This document shows, piece after piece, positions 48,187 to 60,959 of a stretch of DNA of 64,000 bases. Origin of the DNA: Toensbergia leucococca (taxonomy: Eukaryota); the NCBI GenBank assembly GCA_022813965.1, contig JALDZS010000009.1, forward strand, positions 1 to 64,000. The letters run 5' to 3'. The translations under genes were made by a program, and so were the position numbers. The notes under the pieces were generated by a model. The model was not told where the DNA came from. It searched no databases and saw only the letters and a program-made list of their open reading frames with translations. Numbering within the stretch: the first letter of the stretch is position 1; each line of letters begins with the position of its first letter.

Positions 48187-49530
48187 ATGAGTGCGACTGT
48201 ATTGTCTCGATTGTTTCTACGAAAGCCTTTGAAAAACCTAATCACAAGCGTTTGTCTCTTCTCCATCGCCGTGCATCGTATCAATGTCACTGATAGCTTG
48301 CCTAGCTTGCCCTTACACGTGCCATGCATATTCAGTCAATTCCTATGTGTGAGGAAACCTTATTTGATGACTCAAGTGCTTGGGGAACCAGTTGTACTGA
48401 ATTTGATTCCTGGTCAAGGGACTGGGTCTAGCAACAACTACGCCTACCTCGTGGTAGATGACAAAACGAAAGACGCAGTGATCATTGATCCTGCAAACCC
48501 CCCCGAGTAGGCATGGCTATCTATGAGCCCATAGTATGTGATTTGACATTACAACCAGGGTAGCCCCAACTCTGAAAGAGCACATTGACTCGGGAAAGAT
48601 AAATCTGACCGCCATCATGAACACCCATCAGTAAGCTAGCTGTGAGCACCTATGTGCAAATGGATGCTCAAAAGGTACGCAAGCCATTGGGACCACGCAG
48701 GCGGAAATTCGAAGATGGTAAGTCACTCTACTATCATCTAGAACGAGAATGATGGTTAATGGAGTAGCTCTCGCAATTCAAGGGTCTGCCAGTAATTGGG
48801 GGAAAGGACTGTGAGGCAGTAACGAGAACACCAAAGCATGACGAGACCTTCAAAATTGGCCAAGATATATCTGTGAAAGCACTACATACACCATGTCATA
48901 CCCAAGACAGCATTTGCTGGTTGATGGAGGATAGTACGGATAGAGTTGTCTTCACTGGAGATACCTTGTTTGTTGGAGGTGTGGAATTACTTCTGGACTC
49001 GGCCTATGGTTGTGCTAATCTACTGTAAGGTTGCGGTCGTTTCTTCGAGGGATCTGCAGCAGAGATGCACACAGCTCTCAACAAGACGTTAGCTGCATTA
49101 CCAGACGATACTAAAGTTTACGTAGGTTACCATTCATCTCTTGATATGAGAGCTCAAGTCTGACAAGCTTAGCCTGGCCACGAATACACAAAACAAAATG
49201 TCAAATTCCTGACTACAGTCTTGCAAACCGATCCAGTAAAGAAACTAGAATCTTTCGCTGAAAACAACCAACAAACGCAGGGTAAATTTGCAATTGGTGA
49301 CGAAAAGGCAGGTCCTGAGATGCTCTGATCATGAAGGCTCATGGCTAACAGCTAGATAGCAATACAATGTTTTTATGCGGGTAGAGGTAAGTAGGTACGG
49401 TAGAGGCATTTATTTTGGGTGTAAACCTAATATTGAGCTATCACAGGACCCCATTGTACAGAAAGCAACAGGAGAGACGAGCCCGGTAGATGTCATGAGC
49501 AAGCTAAGAGAGATGAAGAACAATATGTGA
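48187..49530 (+). CDS. GLO2: Hydroxyacylglutathione hydrolase (glyoxalase II), many short exons; second in-frame ATG at 48324
   Basis: [59 protein letters not shown]. Confidence 0.93.
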
Positions 49531-49873
49531 ATCTTACAAACTGGCAATATCAGCAAATGTTCTCTGTGCAACAGAATCCTTCTAGCTGACAATGAACGGG
49601 TATCGTGCAGGCCTCCATCTGAGAAGTCCAGGCTGTGACTTCGAATTATATGCTAGCATTCCATCGGCCTTCACTTAAGGTACTTCATATTTATCTTCAA
49701 AACAGCTGTCTGTATGCATGTGCCATCATCATGACGTCAATCAGCGCTTCATACATGTCTTTCATTTTTCGAGAGACTGCCATCGCCATCATTCTCAAGA
49801 ATATTATCTGAATTTACATTACATTTGCAAGAACCATCTGAAGCCAAACTTAAAACACTCTTCCACGCGCATC

Positions 49874-50777
49874 ATGAGTGATACTGTGAATATTACTAAC
49901 AATGCCGCTGGCGACCCTCTCGCAATCAAGGATCAGATTCTTGAGGCTGGAGCTGCAATATCACAGGTTAATTCCTCACTTTGAGCCTCTCTCCCTTCAT
50001 CATACCCTCTAAACATTGGCCGCTTAGAATTTCAGCCCTGTCAAGTCAATATGTGCCCACCTCAATGCGTTTCACGTATATGCTTCTGACCCTGATCGCT
50101 GTGTTGAAGCGAATCATTACTGCACTCATCTAAATCAAGGTTCAATCTACCCAGCTCTACCCCTCACAGCCTGGAACTAATCCCGATACTGCTGCCAGAC
50201 GTCCGCCAATGCCTCATCTACGACACTCCCCTTTCTAACGCCCGCTTAATTGGTGTCGAGTATATGATCAGCGCCTCCCTCTACAAAACCCTAGATGCAA
50301 ACGAGCGCAAACTATGGCACAGCCATGTCTTTGAAGTCAAAAGCGGAATGCTGATAATGCCAGGTCCCAACGGACTGCCAAACGGCATATGGGAAACTGC
50401 AGAGACCAAGGAGATGGAAGAGGTGGTTGGTTTGTACGGAAAGACATACCACTTTTGGCAGGTGGATAGGGGCGATAAGTTGCCGCTAGGAGAGCCGCAA
50501 TTGATGATGAGTTTCACGCAGGAAGAGCAGTGTCCGAGGTTTAAGGAGATGGTAGGGGAGAGGGATGTGAGATTTGGGGTGGATCACGAGAGTAAGGGCG
50601 TAAAAAGGGAGTATATTGCTGTGCCTGAGATACATGAAGGTGGGTGAGCTCGAAAAGGACGTGTAAAGGCTGCAGGTAAGCTAATAAATTGATGCAGATG
50701 CTGACAGTGTATGGAAACGATCATCGACGACTAGCCCAATCAGATCAAAGGAAGCAGAAACGGCCACAGATACTTAA
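49874..50777 (+). CDS. DUF1264 / oil-body-associated-like protein (4 exons)
   Basis: [60 protein letters not shown]. Confidence 0.88.
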
Positions 50778-51806
50778 AGGACGTTGAAAAACACATCCAA
50801 CGCACCCACCGAGCCCCAAATTTAGAACCGACGCCCAACAACCCCTCCCGAAACTGATCGCCTTTTCGACCACCAACACCTAAATATTTCCTCCAGCACC
50901 CTCTTTCCAGCAGCAGAGCCAGACGTCGCACTCAATAAAGAGCCGAGCGGGACACCAGAGGAGCCTCTGCATGAATTGAATTCGAAAGAGGTGTTTCAAT
51001 TTTGCTTCTCTGTCCACACTTGCTCGCCCTGGGGGGTGGAGACGGCAAGCTCTAGCAATTTCCGAAGCATGGTGAGTGTGTGAAATGACGGAGTAGCTTA
51101 CTTGATAGTGTAATGTGTTTATTGCGTAGCTTTGAGATTTGTGCAGAAGTATGATGAAAGAATGAAAGAGTGATACTTTCTGCTGCGTCACCGAAAAACA
51201 GGAGTTTGAATCAAGTATGAAAAGATGAGAGGCTCCAACACATCCTCCATTGCACATACATAAAGACATGTTAGTCAGACTATCATTAGCAAAGCCACTC
51301 AAACCCACACTCTCATCAAAAGCCAAGTCCGTCTCACCAATCAATGACACACCACCAACTTCATGCCTCTCCACAAAGTCTTGAAACCACACTTCAATTT
51401 TAGCGTAGTCGCTTTCTCACAATCAACTCCATCATTTAGCGTTTGGTGTTGCAGCCCATCTGACGTTATGAGATTGGCAAGTTTTCAAGAGTACGGCAGC
51501 GAAAAAAAAACCTCAATTTAAGCCCACTAGCGCCTCGCTTGTCGTTATCTAGAAACCAGCGTGCCAGCTAACGAGACTAGCGCACACATCCCACGACCAC
51601 CTACGGATATCAAGCTCACTCTCATCGATACTACGCTTACCTGCACTTCCAAATCTACAAGAATCACAGCGCACCAGCATCGCAAGAAGCACCTGCAAGT
51701 TCCTCCCCCTTCCTTTGATCCATCCCTTCAGTACTTGACCATCCGACTAACATCACACCCCCCCCGGCACCAGCCCACAACACCCCAAACCCGCAAAAAC
51801 AAAACC

Positions 51807-52332
51807 ATGTCCCACGACTCGGTCTGGTACTCTCGCCCCCGCACTTACGGCAAGGGAAGTCGAGGATGGTAACGCTCTCCTTCCTCATCCCAATTTCCCA
51901 TCCCTCTCAATAGCCGGGCCCCTCCAAAAAAAGAAGGGGAGGGCTTCCGGAAGAGAAAACCCATCCCCAACCCAAAAATAGGCTGACGCATGAGACATCA
52001 TACAAAACAGCCGTGTCTGCACCCACAAAGCAGGTCTGATCCGAAAATACTCGCTCAACATCTGCCGGCAATGTTTCCGGGAAAAGGCAGCGGATATCGG
52101 GTTCACAAAGGTATTCATTTTCCCACTTCCCCCCTCCCATTCCCCTCCCTCCACCCCCTCCACTCTTCCAAAAAGTCTCTTCCCACCCAAATCCCTTCAA
52201 ACAGGTATTTTCTTCTTTGCCACAAATCCCCATCGCTTTCCCCACAAGCATTTGTATATGTTCAGAGGTTGCAGAAAGTACGTTGATACACGCACGTCCA
52301 ACGCTGACACATGTGGCCAACAGCACCGATAG
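51807..52332 (+). CDS. RPS29: 40S ribosomal protein S29 (uS14), 3 exons
   Basis: [56 protein letters not shown]. Confidence 0.96.
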
Positions 52333-52858
52333 AGTAGCTCAGGACGGGGGAATGTTGCAAGTGCAGCGAGAGAGATTTGAATAGGATGGAATCAAGGAAA
52401 GGTATAGGGGAGGGGGGGAGGAGGGACTAATCATTTTTGAGGGCTTGTGATCCCCCCGGTGTCTCGATCGAAGTTAGCTCTCTCTGATGGAAATCCTTCT
52501 TGAGCATAACAGAATGGAGTAGCAATTCCAGACCATCCAAAGTTCATCCATGTTCTCTAGTAATACTCATGCAAGTGTACACCCGTCCAACCCATAGCGT
52601 AATGACAGGTTCCATGCCATCTACCATACACCAACTACATTCATTCTCGTCGCCCATCCCCATCATCCTCCACTAAATTCGTCCCTCGTGATCCTTAGTC
52701 CTGTTCCTAACGAGCCGAGTAGAACATGATTTCAAAATTGCTATCAACCCTACCACTACCAATACCAGACAGAAAAGCTATTCCATCCAAACAACCCATA
52801 ACCAATACTAATTCCACCAATCTGCTCCATACCCCCACCACCCCAAACACCGCCCTCC

Positions 52859-55800
52859 TCAACATCCCTCACTACTACCACTCCCCACCGCCTCACTCCC
52901 CCTTCTTCCCCCACCATCCGACCTGACCCCCAGCCCCTCCAGTCTCCTCTCCGCCCACATGGCCCTATTCCTCCACCAACTAACCTCCCTCCTTGCCTCC
53001 CTTACCCCCTCACTCAACGTCCCACTCTCCCGCAATTCCCGCATAGCTTCCAAGCCCCGCTTCGCAATTCCCAATTCCTCATTGCGCTCCTCTAGCTTCC
53101 GATTCAACCGGCTAATCTCGCCCACCAGCCATGAGTTACGCACCGAGTTGGATCGGGCTAGCGCGTCTGTGCCGCCGTTGCTGAATGGGTGATGATGCTG
53201 CTGTTGCTGCGGGGAGGATTCGCGGGTATTGATCCCAGTGGAAAGCGTGGTAGAAGCGCGCATGGAAACGTGCTGCGCGATGGGAGGCTCTTCGTCGAGA
53301 GGGGGCCAGCGCAGTAGGCTATCAGCTGAGAAGGCGGCAAGAGACCTAGTTGGCTGGGATGGGAGATTTGCTGCCTCGTTATGGGCATTGGGTTGTAACG
53401 AGCAACCTCGTCGTATTTCGGGACGCACAGCCGTTAGTGATGTTTGGCACTTGTCCGATTTGATGGATGGAGACGGCGAAGTCTTGGACATTTCAGCGTC
53501 TGGAGTAAAGAGAAGATTTAGAATGGAAGAACGCTTGCTTAGTGGAGTTCCTTGTAAGCGAGACCATTTTGTAGGTGAGGGGGATCGAGAGTCTGCTCTT
53601 CTGCCGCGGCCGAGGTCGTGGACTGGTTTGGGGATGAGAGACCTTATTGGGCTGGTGCTGCTGGAACGATTACGATTGTTGCGGCTTGGACACGTTGTTT
53701 CAGATAAAAGTGCCTCCTCATCCGAAGGAAAGGAGCGTATCACGACATAATCAGGCGTAATAGTCTTGTCTCGGAGATCATCGTGGTTGAGTGATGCTCG
53801 AGGTTCTGGCCGAAAGCACTGATTGAAATGCTCTACACCTTTTCGGAGAGATGTTTTCAGACTTCCAGTGCTATCGCGGACTATGACCTTGTCTTGCTCA
53901 GTCAACAGCAAATCATCAAGCTTCTCAGTAAGGCTAGAAGGATTTGTGATATGTTCTTTCCGTGGTTTATCGCTGGTGTGCGACGGTATCCTCGAGAAGT
54001 TCCAGCTTTGCTGCAACGATGATTTGCTGGAATTATGCCTGAGATTGCGAGAGTCATGGCTGGCTTGACTTTCTTGACAGGAGTGCGTTGCAACTTCTAA
54101 ATATTCGTCAGAATCCGTCAGCTCGGCTTTTGATGCAATATGGTCAGCGACTCCGTTGTCCCCCACGGCCGTCGTAAGGTAAGCAATCTGCTTCTGGGCA
54201 TCCTTCGTCGGTGTATCGTGCCAAATGTCCGGGCTTGGTACGTCAGGGCCTTTTGATTCCATAATCAGCAGTAGGCATGCAGATTTTCTGGATGAAGACG
54301 TCGGTGTCATCACCTCGGATGCTATGCCTTCTTGACTGCTTGTTCGGACTTCCGCAGAGTCCAGTACTTCTAGAGCTTTTTGCTCCTCTGCTGCTGCTTG
54401 GGCACCCTCTCCGACGAACTTACTATCGACAGATTGAGAGTCAACGGTCATCTCTGGCACGGAAACGTCTCTTTCTGTCTCTTTTCTAATCCGAGGACGA
54501 GATCTTCTCATTTTTGGGCTTCCAGAAAAGCTGGTACCTCTGAAGGAGTTCCAGGACATCTTAGGAATCTTCGTCCTCTCCTTTGACTTGATGGGCCCTG
54601 GAGCATGATTCAGTAATGGCGGCAATGGCGGTTTCCTCAGCCAATCAGGTGCCGTCTCTGTTTCGGAAGCAGAAAGTCCCTTCATGTCACGCTCGCAGTG
54701 GGGATTCTGTACTTTGTTTTGTGGGGTCGACATAATTCCAATATTTCCAATGTCCCGAAACTGCTTCACCACGTCCTCCCATGTCATAATCAACATTTCT
54801 GCCACTTTTGTGGCCATCTTTGCCTTTTCAACATGGGATATAAGAGTAGCGTTCTTACTAAGCTTGATTGTGGCTGTGCTATGCTTGCTTCTATGGTGTT
54901 TCTTTGGGCTGTCAGGAAGTGCAATTGCCATCTTGTGCGCATTACCATCGCTCAGCTCTATACATTCGGTCAAGTCTCCGAGCAAGAGTGGTCCGAGCAC
55001 AACGCCTAATGCCTGGTAGCCCATCAGATCAGATGCCGTCAGCTCTACACTTCCCCTGGTCTCAGCTGCAGTCTTCTCGGCTTCATGGGCGATAAGACTT
55101 GCAAGGCCAAACACGGCACAGATGAGTGACATGCGACACGTCGACGTCACGCAAGATATTGCAAGTGCGATTATTCGAGCTTTTATCCTCATTTTCCCAG
55201 GCTCGGTCATCTCGAACCCAGGACCGAACACGAGGTTAACAGCGCGGAGGGATGCAAATAGTGATAGTGAGCCTAGAAGACCACCTGGCAGGCCGGACAC
55301 GATTTTCTTGAATACAGAAGCGACATCGTGTACGTTATGAGATATGTGTGTAGGCAGCAAGCCAGATCCGACAGTCTCTTGGATCTGATCCGGATTGCCT
55401 GCGCTGGCATATTGATTGGCGTAATAATCATATAAAGCATTGACCGTGTTCAGCTGTCCCGGTATGCGAAAGATACCTGGCGTTGCACGTCCTAGGAAGT
55501 GTTAGTCTTGTGGCTAGTTTGGAACTATCAACAGCTGATTGTCTTACCATGTTGAGACAAGTAAGTAGCTGTTGCTGATAGGCATGTTGGTAAGAAAAGC
55601 TCGTCGACCGCAAACTCATGGGGGAGTATCAGTAGATTGTGTCCCCCAAGACGACTGATCTCTTCCAGGCTCTTGTCCTTCAACATGTCTTTGCGTCCTC
55701 GGTCTACTAGGCTCTTGTCCCTGAGCTTGTCTTTTCGTCTCCGGCTTGAGATGCTGGAGAAACTCAGCTTCCGTTTCATTGGTGTACGCTCCGCCTTCAC

Positions 55801-56620
55801 CTTGACGCTGATCGGTGACGACGGTCGACGCATTATCTTCCGCACTAGCCAATTATGATGGTGTTGAGACTTTGGTGGGCTCGCATCTTCTCCGTTCCTA
55901 TCGTGGGCTATATCGACTTCAGCTCTTGAAAGTCACTCGCCATCGAGAGACTTACGTCTCTCTACTGCGCTCGATACTTCGACAAATTGCGGTATTTCAT
56001 GTTTGAGAGCTAGTCGATTGTACTCCGCAACGAAACCAGAGAGATTCGGGATATGAGAGCCACCGGACGAGTCTGTAAACACTCTACGACTGATGGAGCT
56101 CCATGTCTCGCTCGTAATACGAGATCTCTCGTTGATCGACTGGGTTTCATCGTAGGAGACTCTCGGGTCTTGTTCACTGGTGAGACTCGTGAGACGCTGG
56201 TGCAGGAGCGGTGCTTCCTGATCGTCTAGATTCAAGTGACGAGTAGGCATGGTGAGACGGGTGCGGTCACAACTTTTGGACGGCATCTCTGTTGCATCAA
56301 CCAGATGAAGTTTATGCGGTGCTACCCAGATATCAGCACAACGACCAAAATCATTTGTGCCAGCCATAATTAATCTTACCAATATCAGAAGGCTTCCTTT
56401 TCATTTTTTGGACAGTTGTCTTAGGTACTTTGAAGGATCCAGGATTAGAAAGACCTCGGGCAATCTGAAGATCTGTAAGTTCAGGTCTGCTGGAAGGGAT
56501 GCGTGTTCGCCCTGGTATGATAAACGTGTCCAGAGAGGATCGGCTTCGCAATCTCCCATTAGGCTTCAGATCACGTTCGACGAGGGGGGACAAGGATGCC
56601 GTGCGCCGTGAGCTTCCCAT
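52859..56620 (-). CDS. RhoGAP-domain protein with long low-complexity region and C-terminal coiled coil (about 4 exons)
   Basis: LPTCLSATATYL...TPGIFRIPG (arginine finger), HDVASVFKK, MGYQALGVVLGPLL. Confidence 0.82.
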
Positions 56621-57168
56621 ACTGATGTTTTATATGTATGTATGGTGCAGTATTGTCACCTCCGGAGCGAGGAAATTAAGATACAGAAGATGAGTAGAAA
56701 AAGCAAAACATTAAGGCAGGTACGGGAGGCAGCGTCCCGATGGTCAAGCAGTGCAAGGAAGGCAGATTGATGTAGAAGGAAAGGTATGCAAGACAAAACA
56801 GTACGTTGTGTCTGGCTCTTGCACGTTGGCACATGCCATTGTAACGATTTGCTCTAGAATGCTTCATCTCGGAATCAAAGGAAAGCGCGGCCTGAATGAC
56901 TGATGAGTAGAATGTCCAAAATGGAGAACAATTGAAGCATAGTCTCAGAAGGAGATAGTCAATAAAGAAGACAATACCGTCAAGCATAGCTTGGCACCCA
57001 ACATGCCTATTAACGCCATCAACTTGCAGCACCTGGAATCCTGATCATACTTGCTTCCTTTTATGAACGCCGTCATCGAGGCGCGATAGAGTAGGGCTCA
57101 TCGTCGTTTCTCATGCAATCGGATATATAACACCGCGCCAATGCAATACACGGCCGAAATAATAGCAA

Positions 57169-58519
57169 CTACTCCAGCTGAAGATCATCCCCCTCACCCT
57201 CAAGAAGAATATACTCTAGAATATCACTTAGAGTGAGAACACCAATCAGCCGGTTATCTTGGTCAATGATGACTAGACGATGGACTCGAGATTTCCGAAT
57301 CGTGTCAAATATAGTGTCGAGACGATCGTCAATAGAGCAAGTGTAGATACCAGGGAAGTCCTGAGGCTGTCGTTAGTATTTCTCTCCAAGGCTGGGACTG
57401 ATTTCGCGCACATCAGACCGCTTTTGTAGGACCTCACCGACGGTTTGGTCTAATTCGTCATATATACCGCCCTTGATCAGGGTAATTACATCTACAGCTT
57501 CGAATACATTGATGACAACACCTGATACCATTAGTCTGCTCAAGGTAGGAATGTCCGAGTTGGCGCACCGTCACTATTGAGAATGGGCACACTCGAGATA
57601 TTGAGCTTGACCAGTTGGTGAATAACCTCAATCACGGGTGTCGACATCTTTGCAATTTCAAGATGCTTGTAAGTGCCGAGATTAAGATGCTTTAGGGGCT
57701 TTCGAAGTAATTGTGTTTCGACAACGTTGACGGCAACAAATTTGAGAATTCGATACTGTGTGAGAACACTAACAACCATGGCGCGTTTCGTCTCATCGTC
57801 GATGTCCACAAGTGGCATACGGCGGGCGCGAGACTCGAGCATACGGCGGCAAGCTTCGTACAACGGACGCAGAGGGTGAATCGACACGGTTTCCAGGGGA
57901 GCAACACCGATGGCTTTCTCAATATCTTGAAGTCGACTAAGTCAACTCCAACGGTGATGGATCCGGATTGCGCTTACCTCGAAGGCTGTTCAACCGGAAC
58001 TGGTCAATACGGCTCATGGCCTCAGGGTTCTGCCAGTAGTACTGAATGACATTGATGTAGTCGGAAGTGGTGAGTAGACCGGCAAATGTTGACGTCTTTG
58101 AATCCCACAAGGGAGCAGATACAATGCCTGGAACAAGATGATCAGTCTGTCATGAAACAAGCTGGTTCTGATGCTCACCATTTTGGATCAGGATCAGAAG
58201 GCTCTTCTTTACGAGTAAAGTGGTGTCGAAGATGATCAAGCGAAAACTCAAGGGCAAGACATCGTAGCTTGTACGGACCTTGAGGAAGTCTCGAATCCTT
58301 TGCTGCTCCGGGTCAGCATGCGGCTGAGGTTATGTTATGTCGCGGCAGTGTTTGGAAGCAGGGGTCCGAACTCACCAAGCCTAGACGCTGATCACGATCC
58401 ACGGCACTCTCTGGCTTGGGCTTAGCTGGAGTCATTGGTTGAGATTGACCTCGTGAACGCAAATACGATGCAGGTTGTACGAAGCCCTCGTGACCTGGGA
58501 CCACGGGAAGACTAGCCAT
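57169..58519 (-). CDS. SNF4: AMPK/SNF1 gamma subunit (CBS domains), multi-exon
   Basis: [50 protein letters not shown]. Confidence 0.95.
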
Positions 58520-59147
58520 TTTGTCAGCCAAAACCTTCGCTCTCTGCCTCTCTGGCTCTCTGGCTCCTTGGCTCTGGGGCTGCTCTTCAACGTCGTCAAG
58601 GCCGAGCACACGTTGCTTGATCAAAAGGGAGCAGCATTGAGCGTGTCAACGATGGTCACTGCTGCTACTGCTGCTGTCAACGACGAAGTTGTTTGTTTGC
58701 TATGACGTGAGGACCATGTCAAAAGTTATGAAAATCATGAAAATCATTTTCGATTGGGATTACGGAGTACCGAGTACGGAGTACGGAATACCTAGAAAAG
58801 CATGTGAAGGATTTCTCGCTCCCGATTCCCCGACGCGCGACAGCTCACTTCGCTTAAGCGAGGGCAGGGCTGAATCCTCAATACTCTCACTAACGAACGA
58901 GGAAGTCTTTCGTCCACGACATCGACAGGCAATTGTTATCTAGATCATCTAGGATCCATTATTACCACCATCTCCTATATAAACCCAGGGTGTTCTAACT
59001 GAGGAACCGTGGCAAATATCAAGACTCCCTGGACAGTTCAGTATCATTGATTATCTATCCCCCTATCTTCAAGGTAGATAAGAACTACTACACTGTTACG
59101 AGGTTTCGAACTACACATGTGAGATACGTATACCATATGACATGGCC

Positions 59148-60959
59148 TTAGAGCCGCCATCCAATAGGATGTGGGACGACATAGCCCTCGTGCTTTTCCC
59201 ACGGACCAGTGGCCAGATTCTGTCCAAACAACTCCCCTTGTGCTTGAGCCTCGCTTGCCTCCTTGACCTGTTCTGCATAGAAATTTTTGAGAAGCTCCGT
59301 CACCGGGCTACCCATGATGGCTGTAGCTAATCGAAGAGTCCAGTGATCAGGATTCATCATGCAGGTTGACATGATGACGTTCATATCAATGTTTGAGCGT
59401 TTGAGTGCCTTTCTCCAATCCTTTGCCGTGAAAATGTGTTCTAACCACATGGTGATACTTTCCCGGTAAGGATCGATCGTGATATCGAGCGGCGATTTTA
59501 GAATTATCTGGATAGACATCTCGTTGGTAAGCATAGGCAGAAACGGTAATTGGTGTACTGTGAGCTTTTTTAAGAGGCCATCCCATAGAGAGATACAGTC
59601 GCCTATGTCACGGCCAAGTCTGTGTTGTGAGTATAAGCTACTATTTATCGAGACTTGGATACTTACATCTTGTCATGAGGAACCAGTATCTTTGGCTCGA
59701 GGAGAACCGCGACCAACTCTTTGAGAGTGTGCTTATTACCCTCGCATATCCTCACGAGTTCGATCACAGTGGTCTGTTCATGCTGTTGCGCATGGCTGCA
59801 TGTTTGCTTCTGCTCATCGGCCGCTTTCCTCAACTCCTCCTTTTGAGCTTTTCTAGTCTCCCAGTCATTATCTCTCCCAGTTTCCTTCTCATCAACAAGT
59901 TGGCTCCCCGCACCGGCGTTCTTTCCTAGCCCATGTGATACGACTTGACTTGTCTCGAGGCCGTCAGACTTTTCTAAATCATGATCTGTCCATCCGGCCT
60001 CTGGACTCTTGGCTCTTCTCCGTTTCTCTGTACTACGTCCAGTTTCCCCGTCATAATTGTTTTCGTTCTCCTTGTCGTCAACAAGCTGGCCCCCCTCATT
60101 GGCTTGTTTTCCTGGCTCGTATGGTACGACCTGACCCCTCTCAAGGCCATCAGATCTGTGTACCTCATGGTCTGTCGTCTCAGTCTCCAGGCTCTTAGTC
60201 CTTTTCCGTTTTTCTTCACTACGGGCAGCTCTTCTATCATTGACGCAGGCTTTGACATGAGTAAGCAGTATGATTCTCAATTTTTCCTTGAGCTTCTCGC
60301 TGCCGTCTTTGAAAGCAGGGATTTCGAATGCATCTAGCTTTTCGGTCTGCACATCGGTATGTTTCCAGTAGTAATCCCATAGCCATTGCAAAGATCTTTC
60401 GGTGACTCGACGTAGAACTACCAAGGGAGGAAGATCTATATGCGTTGCCTCGTGACGTAGCTCGACATAGGAAGCTGGTAAGCCTATTGCTTTCGCCTTC
60501 TGGTACATAGTCTTCCTCTGTTTGTGGCCTAATTTGGTATCGACAAATCCAGTCACGAAACTGTCCAAATCAGGTTCAGCATTGTACCGGAATATCGGAT
60601 TCCTGGCAGAGATACCGGCAGAAGGCGGTGGAGTAAACGGCACGAATGGCGAAAGTCGAGTTGACTTTTACATCATCATGCAGAACAGCATCGATAAGAA
60701 ATGCAGTTGACTCGACAGCATGTGGAAGATTACCCCGTAATTTCCAGGCCGATACCTAGCGTATGATTAATAGTCATGCGATATAAGTCTAAGATTGCAC
60801 GAGTCGGACGAGGGTTATCACCACTCAACTTCGACTTACATGACTGCAAGCCTTTCTCCGCATGTCTGGATCCTTGCTGGTTGGGCTGCGGTAGAATTGG
60901 CTCCGCACGAGGAGAAACTCCTTGTCATCACGCCAAGGCGTGAAGATAATCCGTGGCAT
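59148..60959 (-). CDS. LAS1: Las1 pre-rRNA (ITS2) HEPN endoribonuclease, multi-exon
   Basis: MPRIIFTPWR, GNLPHAVEST, FVTGFVD, IGLPASYVELRHEATH (HEPN RxxxxH), WLWDYYW, C-terminal WEKHEGYVVPHPIG. Confidence 0.9.

Noticed and set aside
50740..51500. ORF 50880-51392 (minus)
   Set aside because: GTG start, no recognisable domain; lies between the DUF1264 3' end and the RPS29 promoter.
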